This document shows, in pieces, positions 1-9,940 of a DNA stretch of 12,477 nt. How positions within the stretch are numbered: position 1 is the stretch's first letter; every line of letters starts with the position of its first letter. Below the pieces are notes generated by a model. The model did no database searches, had not been told where the DNA came from, and saw only the letters and a program-made list of their open reading frames with translations. This DNA comes from Fidelibacterota bacterium MT.SAG.3 (GTDB lineage Bacteria; Fidelibacterota; SORT01). Made by a program: the position numbers and the translations under genes. The stretch covers positions 1-12,477 of the forward strand of contig SORT01000039.1 in the NCBI GenBank assembly GCA_004402895.1. The letters run 5' to 3'.

Positions 1-1
1 G

Positions 2-325
2 TTTCATAGACGCTCCGAATTCAGGTATCCCCTTAACAAATATGAAGATCGTGCTATAGCCTCAAACGAACTCGAAGAAGAAATTCATAATGGAACCGAT
101 GACTATGTTGAGGTGGTTTTTGTAATAGAGGATGACATAGCAGTAATGAGAAAGGTGAAAACAGGCATTACAGGTGAATCTAAGATTGAAATTCTTGAAG
201 GAGTGCTACCCGGAGAGATGATTGTTTCAGGTTCTTATAGAGTATTGAGCAAGACACTTCAAGATGGCGATATAGTAAAGATTGAAGAAGAGAGCAACGG
301 AAAATCTGAAGAACTGAGCCACTGA
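2..325 (+). CDS. C-terminal part of an efflux-pump periplasmic adaptor (membrane-fusion protein, MacA/HlyD-like). Its 5' end lies upstream of the window.
   Basis: The reading frame is open from nt 2 with no stop, so the ORF enters from upstream; the track's 113 GTG start is only the first in-window start. The C-terminal sequence (...[40 protein letters not shown]) resembles the C-terminal beta-barrel/membrane-proximal region of MacA-type adaptors. The stop overlaps the next gene's ATG (cacTGATGa, ATGA overlap), which fits an adaptor-ATPase-permease operon. Confidence 0.65.
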   Translation, partial: FHRRSEFRYPLNKYEDRAIASNELEEEIHNGTDDYVEVVFVIEDDIAVMRKVKTGITGESKIEILEGVLPGEMIVSGSYRVLSKTLQDGDIVKIEEESNGKSEELSH

Positions 326-1023
326 TGACACTCATAGATATTGAAGGCGTAAAAAAGATATACGATTTGGGGGCTGAAAAAATTCATGCTCTCGACGGTG
401 TGAGTTTAAAAATTGAGCGAGGTGAATACATCGCTATAATGGGACCATCCGGCTCAGGTAAATCTACCATAATGAATATCCTCGGCTGTCTCGATACTCC
501 GACATCAGGATCATATTATTTTGAAGATGAAGAAGTGAGCAAGATGGATGATAACCAGCTGGCTGGCATAAGAAATGAGAAAATTGGATTTGTATTCCAG
601 ACGTTTAATCTTCTTCCAAGAATCAGCAGCCTTCAAAACGTCGAATTACCTTTGATTTACGGAGGTGTGAGTTTAGAAAGTAGAAGGGAAAGAGCAGAAC
701 TGGTGCTTGAGAGGGTTGGTTTGGGCGATAGAATGAATCATAAACCGAATGAACTTTCGGGCGGGCAGAGACAACGTGTCGCTATAGCTAGGGCGTTAGC
801 AAACGAACCGTCTATAATACTTGCAGATGAACCTACGGGTAATCTCGATTCTAAAACGGGTGAAGAGATAATGGTATTGTTCAATGAAATTCATGAAGCG
901 GGTAATACGATAATTCTTGTTACTCATGAAGAATATATCGCGGAGAACGCTCATCGTATTATCAGGCTCCACGACGGATTAATTGCCAGTGATGAAGTAG
1001 TTCGAATGCACACGATGAATTAA
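325..1023 (+). CDS. ABC transporter ATP-binding protein, MacB/LolD/FtsE-type stand-alone nucleotide-binding domain
   Basis: Walker A motif [10 protein letters not shown]-loop, ABC signature [15 protein letters not shown], and Walker [13 protein letters not shown] followed by a downstream H-loop (VTHEE). Length of 232 aa is typical of an NBD-only subunit. Start overlaps the adaptor stop. Confidence 0.92.
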   Translation: MTLIDIEGVKKIYDLGAEKIHALDGVSLKIERGEYIAIMGPSGSGKSTIMNILGCLDTPTSGSYYFEDEEVSKMDDNQLAGIRNEKIGFVFQTFNLLPRISSLQNVELPLIYGGVSLESRRERAELVLERVGLGDRMNHKPNELSGGQRQRVAIARALANEPSIILADEPTGNLDSKTGEEIMVLFNEIHEAGNTIILVTHEEYIAENAHRIIRLHDGLIASDEVVRMHTMN

Positions 1024-1029
1024 TTACCG

Positions 1030-2262
1030 ATGCTAATTCAATACATAAAAGAAATATCCGAGGGGATAAAAATCGCACTCTCAGCTCTTCGGGAAAATAA
1101 ATTCCGTTCAACCCTTACCACGCTCGGTATAATCATTGGCATTGTAGCTGTAACGGTCATGGCTACTGCTATAGAGGGATTGAACAGAGCATTTTCGACA
1201 AGTATATCGGCACTGGGCTCAGATGTTCTTTTCATCGATAAAATGCCTTGGTTTACAAACAGGGGATCCGCTGAGTTTGGCAACAGGAAAGACATCAAAA
1301 TATCAGACGCGGAAAGCATTATAAAATATGCCAGTCGCGTAAAAGCTGTTGCCCCGGTAGTAAGAGCCAACAAGACGGTAAAACATCGGGAGAAAAGTCT
1401 CTTAAGAGTCCTTGTTATAGGTACTACAACTTCATATAGAGAAACATCCAACAGCTATCCTGAATATGGAAGATTTTTTTCTGAAACAGAAGTAAGTCAT
1501 TCAAGAAGTGTAGCGGTAATCGGCAGTGATATAGCAGAGAATCTTTACGAAAACGAGAATCCGATAGGCAGTAAAATAAAAATTGACGGCAGACCTTATA
1601 AAGTAATTGGAATTCTTGAAAAGAAAGGAACTTTACTTGGAATGATGGATCTGGATAATCGGATCATTATACCGGTCGGAACATTTGGTAATTCATTCGG
1701 TACACGAAGACATGTATCCATTCAAGTCAAAGTAAAAGACCCTGCTTATATGGAAGATTCTAAAGATGAGCTTATCGGAATCATGCGTCGTATCAGAAGA
1801 GTTCATCCGGGCGCCGAAGATGACTTTAGCATAAATCAACAGAGCGTTTTTACTGAAATGTATGATAATGTGACCGGAGCAATTTATGCGGCTGGAATCG
1901 TAATAACCGCTCTATCGTTGTTAGTCGGAGGAATTGGCGTAATGAACATTATGCTGGTTTCAGTTACAGAGCGCACAAGAGAGATCGGTATACGGAAGGC
2001 GCTTGGAGCTCGCAGAAGAAGTATTCTCTTCCAGTTTCTTATTGAATCTTCAGCGATCTGTTTGTTGGGCGGGATCATCGCTCTTGGAATAGGGTTCGGC
2101 ATTAGTTTGATAATAGATAAATTCTTGCTGCCCACAGCCATGCCGTTATCATGGGCATTGATTGCCCTTTTGATATCCGCAACGATAGGAATTGGATTTG
2201 GTATGTATCCCGCGGCAAAAGCCTCAAAATTAGATCCGATAGATGCTCTGAGGTACGAATGA
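1030..2262 (+). CDS. ABC transporter permease, MacB/FtsX family. Has an N-terminal TM helix, a large periplasmic domain and a C-terminal FtsX 3-TM bundle.
   Basis: Hydrophobic helix LTTLGIIIGIVAVTVMATAI near the N-terminus, then a ~230-aa soluble domain. The C-terminal region MNIMLVSVTERTREIGIRKALGARRRSI is a conserved MacB/LolC/LolE-type permease motif with further TM helices. Length is 410 aa, and a 6-nt gap separates it from the ATPase stop. Confidence 0.88.
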   Translation: MLIQYIKEISEGIKIALSALRENKFRSTLTTLGIIIGIVAVTVMATAIEGLNRAFSTSISALGSDVLFIDKMPWFTNRGSAEFGNRKDIKISDAESIIKYASRVKAVAPVVRANKTVKHREKSLLRVLVIGTTTSYRETSNSYPEYGRFFSETEVSHSRSVAVIGSDIAENLYENENPIGSKIKIDGRPYKVIGILEKKGTLLGMMDLDNRIIIPVGTFGNSFGTRRHVSIQVKVKDPAYMEDSKDELIGIMRRIRRVHPGAEDDFSINQQSVFTEMYDNVTGAIYAAGIVITALSLLVGGIGVMNIMLVSVTERTREIGIRKALGARRRSILFQFLIESSAICLLGGIIALGIGFGISLIIDKFLLPTAMPLSWALIALLISATIGIGFGMYPAAKASKLDPIDALRYE

Positions 2263-3488
2263 TAGAATACTTTAACAGCTTTATGATTGCAGTTGAAAGT
2301 CTTAGCAAACAAAAACTTCGCTCTGCTCTCACACTCGTAGGTATAGTAATTGGTGTTTCTTCTATTATTGGTATCATGACAACGATGGAAGCTATTCAGA
2401 CATATATGGAAAATAGCTTATCCGTACTCGGATCTACAGTATTCCAGGTACAAAAAACACCGTTTATGAATGTAGGACCAAGTGATAGACATAAATATCA
2501 GAACCGGAAAGACATAAAAATAGAACATGCTGACGCAATAAGAGATAGGGCGAAAAAAGTTGCTAATGTGGGTGCAGAAGATTGGACATATGGTAGGGTA
2601 ATTCGATATAAGAAAAAATCTACAGAGCCTGTATACTTAGTATCCGGAGCCACACCTGAATGGTCGCCAAATAACGGTTATTATGTGGATGTTGGAAGAT
2701 TCTTGACACAATTAGATGTTGATTATTCAAGATTCGTTATGGTTATCGGGATTGAAGTTGTTGAAGACTTGTTCCCATTTATATATCCCATTGGTGAGAC
2801 TGTGAAGTTTGAAGGTAGGAACTTTGAAGTAGTAGGAATTATCGAAGAACAAGGTAGTGAAATGGGACAATCGAGAAACAATATGCTGGTTATTCCGATC
2901 ACTGTTTATCAGAAGATATATGGAAAAGAAGGATCGATAAATATTACTATCTCCGCAAAGTCGTCCGAACTATTGAACGGCGCTATTGATGAGATAATAA
3001 CGATTATGCGAGCGGTACGTAAAGTTGCTCCGGGGGAAGATAACGATTTTGAAATCTTCAACAGCGAGAGCTTGATCGCTTTCTGGAACGATATGTCGCG
3101 GAATTTTAAAATAGGTTCAATTTTAATCAGTTTCATTTCCTTGATGGTAGCAGGTATTGGGATTATGAATATTATGATGGTTTCCGTGACAGAAAGAACG
3201 AAAGAAATAGGTATAAGAAAAGCTCTCGGCGCGAGAAAAAAACATATTCTTACACAATTTCTTATTGAAGCGGTATTGCTCAGTCTTACCGGTGGATTAA
3301 TAGGGGTTATTCTCGGTGTGTTGCTCGGAAATGTTGTGGCAAGTTTGATGAACCTTAGCATTACAATCCCTTGGTTCTGGGTAGTTGTTGGGCTTATATT
3401 TTGCTCATTAGTGGGCATCGCGTCCGGTTTTTGGCCCGCATTGAAAGCTTCAAGGCTCGATCCTATCGAATCTTTAAGATTCGAGTAA
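2259..3488 (+). CDS. Second ABC transporter permease, MacB/FtsX family, a paralog of the preceding gene
   Basis: Same architecture as the preceding permease, including the motif MNIMMVSVTERTKEIGIRKALGARKKHI. The likely true start is the ATG at 2259 (MIEYFNSF...), which overlaps the previous stop (ATGA); this replaces the longer 2151 track ORF, which would overlap the upstream gene by more than 100 nt. The N-terminal and C-terminal regions are clearly homologous to permease 1. Confidence 0.85.
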   Translation: MIEYFNSFMIAVESLSKQKLRSALTLVGIVIGVSSIIGIMTTMEAIQTYMENSLSVLGSTVFQVQKTPFMNVGPSDRHKYQNRKDIKIEHADAIRDRAKKVANVGAEDWTYGRVIRYKKKSTEPVYLVSGATPEWSPNNGYYVDVGRFLTQLDVDYSRFVMVIGIEVVEDLFPFIYPIGETVKFEGRNFEVVGIIEEQGSEMGQSRNNMLVIPITVYQKIYGKEGSINITISAKSSELLNGAIDEIITIMRAVRKVAPGEDNDFEIFNSESLIAFWNDMSRNFKIGSILISFISLMVAGIGIMNIMMVSVTERTKEIGIRKALGARKKHILTQFLIEAVLLSLTGGLIGVILGVLLGNVVASLMNLSITIPWFWVVVGLIFCSLVGIASGFWPALKASRLDPIESLRFE

Positions 3489-3528
3489 TATTACTTTTAT
3501 CTGTTAAATTTTTCAATTTTACGATAGT

Positions 3529-3544
3529 TGGTATTAAATTTGCA
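3529..3544 (+). promoter_or_regulatory. Candidate sigma-54 (-24/-12) promoter element, TGG-N8-TTGCA
   Basis: TGG at 3529-3531, 8 nt (tattaaat), then TTGCa at 3540-3544. This reproduces the invariant GG/GC dinucleotides and the exact spacing of the TGGCAC-N5-TTGCW consensus. It sits 57 nt upstream of the first gene of an operon that includes rpoN. Support is motif-only. Confidence 0.3.
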
Positions 3545-3545
3545 C

Positions 3546-3574
3546 TTGACTGTCGAACTACCTTCCGTTAAATT
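3546..3574 (+). promoter_or_regulatory. Candidate sigma-70-type promoter (TTGACT-N17-TAAATT) in the only sizeable intergenic region, upstream of gatC
   Basis: TTGACT at 3546-3551, a 17-nt spacer, then TAAATT at 3569-3574. The predicted TSS is about 20 nt upstream of the gatC TTG start. An overlapping TAAATTTG at 3535-3542 also matches the Bacteroidota-type -7 element TAnnTTTG. Support is motif-only. Confidence 0.4.
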
Positions 3575-3600
3575 CAATATTATTAATAAATGGAAAAAGT

Positions 3601-3891
3601 TTGAGTATAACAAGCGCCGATATAGACAAAATTGTAAATCTTGCAAAACTTGATCTCAGTAAAGCTGAACGCGAAAAATTCGCCTCTCAGCTGAGTGACA
3701 TAGTTTCATATATAGAAAAATTAAACCAACTGAATACTGATGATGTGAAACCACTTGCACATGTGAATAACCTGACCAATGTTTTTAGAGAGGATAAAGC
3801 AAGACCATCAATGGAAAAACAAGATGTCTTCAAGAACTCACCACATCATGATGATGAATTCTTCCTCGTCCCGAAGGTAATTAAAACATAA
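3601..3891 (+). CDS. gatC: Asp-tRNA(Asn)/Glu-tRNA(Gln) amidotransferase subunit C
   Basis: The 96-aa protein starts MSITSADIDKIVNLAKLDLSKAEREKFASQLSDIVSYIEKLNQLNTDDVKPLAHV...REDKARPS, the characteristic GatC pattern (I..LA.L.L...E.......L..I..Y...L.....T..V.P). It has a TTG start, which is the only in-frame start candidate after the intergenic region, and a weak GGA RBS at 3592-3594. Confidence 0.82.
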   Translation: MSITSADIDKIVNLAKLDLSKAEREKFASQLSDIVSYIEKLNQLNTDDVKPLAHVNNLTNVFREDKARPSMEKQDVFKNSPHHDDEFFLVPKVIKT

Positions 3892-3906
3892 GATGGAAGA
3901 CATGTG

Positions 3907-6289
<2,383 letters not shown>

Positions 6290-6290
<1 letters not shown>

Positions 6291-7123
6291 TGACGAAGAT
6301 AATTGATATTGACGGGATGAAAATCGGCGGTGGAGGTGATTTGCTGCTGATCGCCGGTCCCTGCGTTATAGAGTCCGAAGAAATCGCGTTTTCAACCGCT
6401 GAAAAATTAAAAGAATTATCAGACAAATTGGGATTACCTATAGTTTATAAATCATCTTATTTAAAGGATAATCGTTCTTCTTCCAAGAGTTTTCAGGGGT
6501 TAGGTCTCAAAGAGGGCTTGCGAATACTTTCTGAAGTTAAAAAACGATACGGACTTCCGATCTTGTCGGATGTGCATAGTATCGAACAAGTTGCCGCAGC
6601 AGCCGATGTTCTGGATATAGTCCAAATTCCGGCATATCTTTGTATGCAGACGGAATTGACGATTGAAATTGCGAGAAGGGCGAAGGTAGTGAACGTTAAA
6701 AAAGGACAATTCATTGCGCCAGAGAATATAAAGAATGTGATAAAAAAAATTGAGGAAGAAGGAAACAGCAATATAATCCTCACTGAAAGAGGTGTCTCGT
6801 TCGGTTATCAAAATTTAGTCGTAGATATGCGTTCATTTCAGATCATGAGGAAACATGGATATCCGGTAATATTCGACGTTACTCATTCTGTTCGTGTGTA
6901 TGGCATCCCTTCCAAAGATCCCAAAGGCGGAACTCCGGAATTTATTCCTACTCTAGGCCGGGCGGGAGTGGCTGCCGGAGTGGATGGAGTTTTCATCGAG
7001 ACGCATCCAAACCCGCCTGAGGCGCTTTGCGATGCTTCAAGCCAGTGGAAGCTCGATGAAATGGGCGCTTTGATATCTCAACTGCAGTCAATTCATGCAG
7101 CGGCAAAGGAGTACAGCGCGTAA
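6290..7123 (+). CDS. kdsA: 3-deoxy-8-phosphooctulonate synthase (KDO8P synthase)
   Basis: LLLIAGPCVIESEE...GLPIVYKSSY.KDNRSS..SFQG.G...GL; the fold continues (DVH...Q....ADV.QIPA.L..QT.L). 277 aa. The ATG overlaps the pyrG stop (TGATG). Confidence 0.93.
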
Positions 7124-7659
7124 TGGTCAGACCGGAACAACAAGAATCTCTGCGCAAAATAAAGGTCATTATTTCAGATGTAGATGGAGTAATGACAGAC
7201 GGCGGTATAATTCTCGGCGCCGGTGGGCAGGAATTCAAACGATACGACGTTAAAGACGGGATGGGCATTACGATGGCACGAAAAGCAGGATTGAAAGTCT
7301 GTATTATCACAGGCAGGAAATCTGAATCTGTAGCCATTCGAGCGGAAGAATTAAAATTTGACGGCGTTTATCAAGGATATTTTAATAAAGTTGAAGCTTA
7401 TCAAGTTATGAAAAAAGAGTTCGGATTAGATGACGAAAACTTTCTTCATTTGGGAGATGATATCCTCGACATTCCATTATTCGAGATAGTCGGTTTTAGT
7501 ATTTCTCCAGCAGACGGGATAAAACAGGTTACGGCTGTAGTCGATCATGTGACAACAGCTCCGGGAGGAAGAGGGGTCTTACGGGAGACCGTGGAACTCG
7601 TATTGGAAGCGCAGGGCAAACTTGACGATGTAATAAAGGAACTCACTACTTTCAGTTGA
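7123..7659 (+). CDS. kdsC: 3-deoxy-D-manno-octulosonate 8-phosphate phosphatase (HAD superfamily, subfamily IIIA)
   Basis: IKVIISDVDGVMTDG (HAD motif I, DxDGV), ...ITGR.S (motif II), and GDD.LD (motif III). 178 aa. TAATG overlap with kdsA. Confidence 0.85.
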   Translation: MVRPEQQESLRKIKVIISDVDGVMTDGGIILGAGGQEFKRYDVKDGMGITMARKAGLKVCIITGRKSESVAIRAEELKFDGVYQGYFNKVEAYQVMKKEFGLDDENFLHLGDDILDIPLFEIVGFSISPADGIKQVTAVVDHVTTAPGGRGVLRETVELVLEAQGKLDDVIKELTTFS

Positions 7660-7665
7660 AAAATT

Positions 7666-8637
7666 ATGACGCCTGAACTCACTATACAGAAAGCGAAAGA
7701 GGTTATAAGGGTAGAAGCCGACGCAATTGCAGCGCTCTCGAGCCGGATTGACGGTAATTTTGTTGACGCAGTCGAGCTTTTGTTCGAATGCAAAGGAAGA
7801 GTGATAGTAACGGGAGTAGGGAAGAGCGGTCTCGTTGCAAGAAAGATAGCGGCAACATTGGCGAGTACCGGAACTTCAGCCTTCTTCATTCATGCTGCCG
7901 AGGGATTGCACGGGGACTTGGGAGTCGTGCGTGAGGAAGATGTTATATTGATAATCACGAAGAGTGGAGAAACATCCGAGATATCCGCATTGATACCGCA
8001 ACTCAGGAACATAGGAGTGAAACTTATAACGATCACAGGCACGCTCGATACATCGCTGACAAGGGTATCAGATATCGTTTTAGATGCGAGCGTGAAAGAG
8101 GAAGCATGTCCGCATGACCTTGCTCCCACAGCCAGCAGCACGGCTGCATTGGTAATGGGGGATGCTCTTGCAGTGGCGCTTTTGGAGAGAAGAGGATTCA
8201 CGATGGAAGATTTCGCCTCAATTCATCCGGGCGGTAATCTCGGCAAGAAGCTGTTGACGCGAATAGAAGACCTGATGTACACCGGGGATCATCTTCCGAT
8301 AATGCAAGAGGACTCTCTATTCAAAGATGTAATTCTCGAGATGAACCGCAAACGTTTCGGTGCTGTTTGTATAGTTGATGATAAAGGAAAATTAAAAGGG
8401 ATCATCACGGAGGGTGACCTTCGGAGGGAGATTGAAAAAGGAGAAGCTATCCTCCAATCAAAGGCATCAGAATCAATGTCGACAGAACCTAAAGTCGTTT
8501 CGGTTCAAACTTTAGCTGTGGACGCGCTTGCTCTGCTTGAAGAGTTTAATATACTCCAGCTGATAATGGTCGATGAAGATGGAAAGCCGATAGGGATGAT
8601 CCATTTACATGATCTCCTTGATGCAGGAATAAAATAG
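7666..8637 (+). CDS. kdsD: Arabinose-5-phosphate isomerase (KpsF/GutQ family; SIS domain plus tandem CBS domains)
   Basis: SIS-domain motif VIVTGVGKSGLVARKIAATLASTGTSAFF.H..E..HGDLG, with a CBS pair in the C-terminal third. 323 aa, typical of KdsD. Confidence 0.9.
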   Translation: MTPELTIQKAKEVIRVEADAIAALSSRIDGNFVDAVELLFECKGRVIVTGVGKSGLVARKIAATLASTGTSAFFIHAAEGLHGDLGVVREEDVILIITKSGETSEISALIPQLRNIGVKLITITGTLDTSLTRVSDIVLDASVKEEACPHDLAPTASSTAALVMGDALAVALLERRGFTMEDFASIHPGGNLGKKLLTRIEDLMYTGDHLPIMQEDSLFKDVILEMNRKRFGAVCIVDDKGKLKGIITEGDLRREIEKGEAILQSKASESMSTEPKVVSVQTLAVDALALLEEFNILQLIMVDEDGKPIGMIHLHDLLDAGIK

Positions 8638-9198
8638 ATGCTTCATTCAAAGCATATATATCTGATCTCTCTGCTGCTGTCACTACTGCTGATATCGAGT
8701 TGCAGTAAACGAGAAGATCAAAATGATATGATAATTTCAGATACGGAAATGTTACCTGAACAGGAATCCTGGAATTCGACGATAACTTTAACTTCAAACG
8801 GGAAAATAATAGCTTTGGTGCATTCAGGGCATATGTCTCAATTCAGCAATAAAAAACTGATATTATTAGATGATAAAATAGAAATAGATTTTTATGATTC
8901 CGAAGAAAATCACACTTCGCATCTAACGGCGGAGTCCGGAGAAATAAATGAAAGGTTAAAAAATCTGAAAGCAATCGGAAACGTGATCGTTGTTTCCGAC
9001 AGCGGAGAAACGCTCTTTACGGAAGAATTACTCTGGAACAATAAATTGCAAAAAATTATCTCTGAAGTAAACGTGATGATAACAGTAGAGGGAGATACTT
9101 TATACGGCGTCGGATTTGAATCGGATGCAGGATTGGACAACTGGACCATCAAGGAACCGAGGGGCAGAACTTCGAGACTGGTGGATATAGATGAGTAA
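8638..9198 (+). CDS. lptC: LPS export protein LptC-like, with a lipoprotein-type signal peptide/lipobox rather than a plain N-terminal TM anchor
   Basis: 186 aa. N-terminus MLHSKHIYLISLLLSLLLISSC-SKRED has a short hydrophobic h-region ending in a lipobox-like I-S-S-C. The rest aligns by eye with the E. coli LptC beta-jellyroll (…AIGNVIVVSDSGETLFTEELLWNNKLQKIISEVNVMITVEGDTLYGVGFESDAGLDNW versus LYGHVEVNAL…ITTDNAQINLVTQDVTSEDLVTLYGTTFNSSGLKMRGNL). It lies between kdsD and lptB, as lptC does in canonical operons. ATG immediately follows the kdsD TAG. Confidence 0.7.
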   Translation: MLHSKHIYLISLLLSLLLISSCSKREDQNDMIISDTEMLPEQESWNSTITLTSNGKIIALVHSGHMSQFSNKKLILLDDKIEIDFYDSEENHTSHLTAESGEINERLKNLKAIGNVIVVSDSGETLFTEELLWNNKLQKIISEVNVMITVEGDTLYGVGFESDAGLDNWTIKEPRGRTSRLVDIDE

Positions 9199-9940
9199 AT
9201 TTACTTTTTCTAAAACCCTTGGAGTTCAAGGTCTGCGTAAACGTTACGGTAAAAAAGTTGTGGTAAACGGGATAAGTTTGGATGTGCACAAGGGGGAGAT
9301 TGTCGGTCTGCTTGGACCTAACGGCGCCGGCAAAACAACGACATTTTACATGATCACTGGGATGATACGACCTAACGGCGGACAAGTTTATCTCGAAAAA
9401 CAGAACATTACTTCGATGCCGATGTATAAGAGAGCGCGGTTGGGAATAGGTTATCTATCTCAGGAACCATCTGTCTTTAGGAGATTGACAGTTGAAGATA
9501 ATTTGAAATTGATCCTCCAGACAATGAATCTTTCAAGGAAAGAAGTGTCGCTCCGCATCGATAAATACCTCAATGATATGTCTATCACGCATATTAGAAA
9601 AAGAAAGGGTTATCAGCTTTCAGGAGGTGAACGTAGAAGAACTGAAATATGCAGAGCTCTGCTGACTGAACCGGATTTCATGCTGTTGGATGAGCCGTTT
9701 TCGGGTATCGATCCGATCGCTGTTGAAGAAATTCAAAATATCGTTATTGATCTTAAGAAAAGAGGCATAGGAGTACTAATCACAGACCACAACGTGCATG
9801 AAACCTTGTCGATCACCGATAGAGCGTATCTGCTGTTCGAAGGAAAAATATTCATCGAGGGTACGAGTGAGTATCTTACCAACGACCCGGATGCGAGAAA
9901 GCTGTATTTCGGAGATAAATTCAGGTTGGATAGGTACTAA
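9191..9940 (+). CDS. lptB: LPS export ABC transporter ATP-binding protein
   Basis: Walker A motif GPNGAGKTT, signature LSGGERRRTEICRAL, Walker B MLLDEPFSGIDP, H-loop TDHN, and a C-terminal ...LYFGDKFRL typical of LptB. 249 aa. Overlaps the end of lptC by 8 nt. Confidence 0.88.
   Translation: MSKFTFSKTLGVQGLRKRYGKKVVVNGISLDVHKGEIVGLLGPNGAGKTTTFYMITGMIRPNGGQVYLEKQNITSMPMYKRARLGIGYLSQEPSVFRRLTVEDNLKLILQTMNLSRKEVSLRIDKYLNDMSITHIRKRKGYQLSGGERRRTEICRALLTEPDFMLLDEPFSGIDPIAVEEIQNIVIDLKKRGIGVLITDHNVHETLSITDRAYLLFEGKIFIEGTSEYLTNDPDARKLYFGDKFRLDRY

Noticed and set aside
1038-3418. Minus-strand ORFs of 91-169 aa (1038-1451, 1884-2312, 2102-2377, 2909-3418) inside the permease genes
   Set aside because: They lie fully antisense to + strand genes that carry strong conserved motifs. 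Their low-complexity translations have no recognisable motifs. These are typical shadow ORFs in AT-rich DNA.
3371-3571. 66-aa + strand ORF running from the end of permease 2 into the intergenic region
   Set aside because: Out-of-frame overlap with the permease C-terminus. The translation is basic and low-complexity. It would run through the candidate promoter motifs.
3489-3600. Possible rho-independent terminator after the transporter operon
   Set aside because: No GC-rich stem-loop followed by a T-tract is visible. The region is uniformly AT-rich.
3590-3604. Four-codon mini-ORF ATG GAA AAA GTT TGA (MEKV) overlapping the gatC TTG start
   Set aside because: Too short to assess. It is probably a coincidence of AT-rich sequence. 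It would matter only if gatC translation initiation were shown to be coupled to it.
6742-6750. Poly(A) run A8 inside kdsA (and A7 near 3233 inside permease 2) as possible slippage sites
   Set aside because: The reading frame is intact across both runs and the protein motifs continue. Nothing indicates a programmed frameshift.
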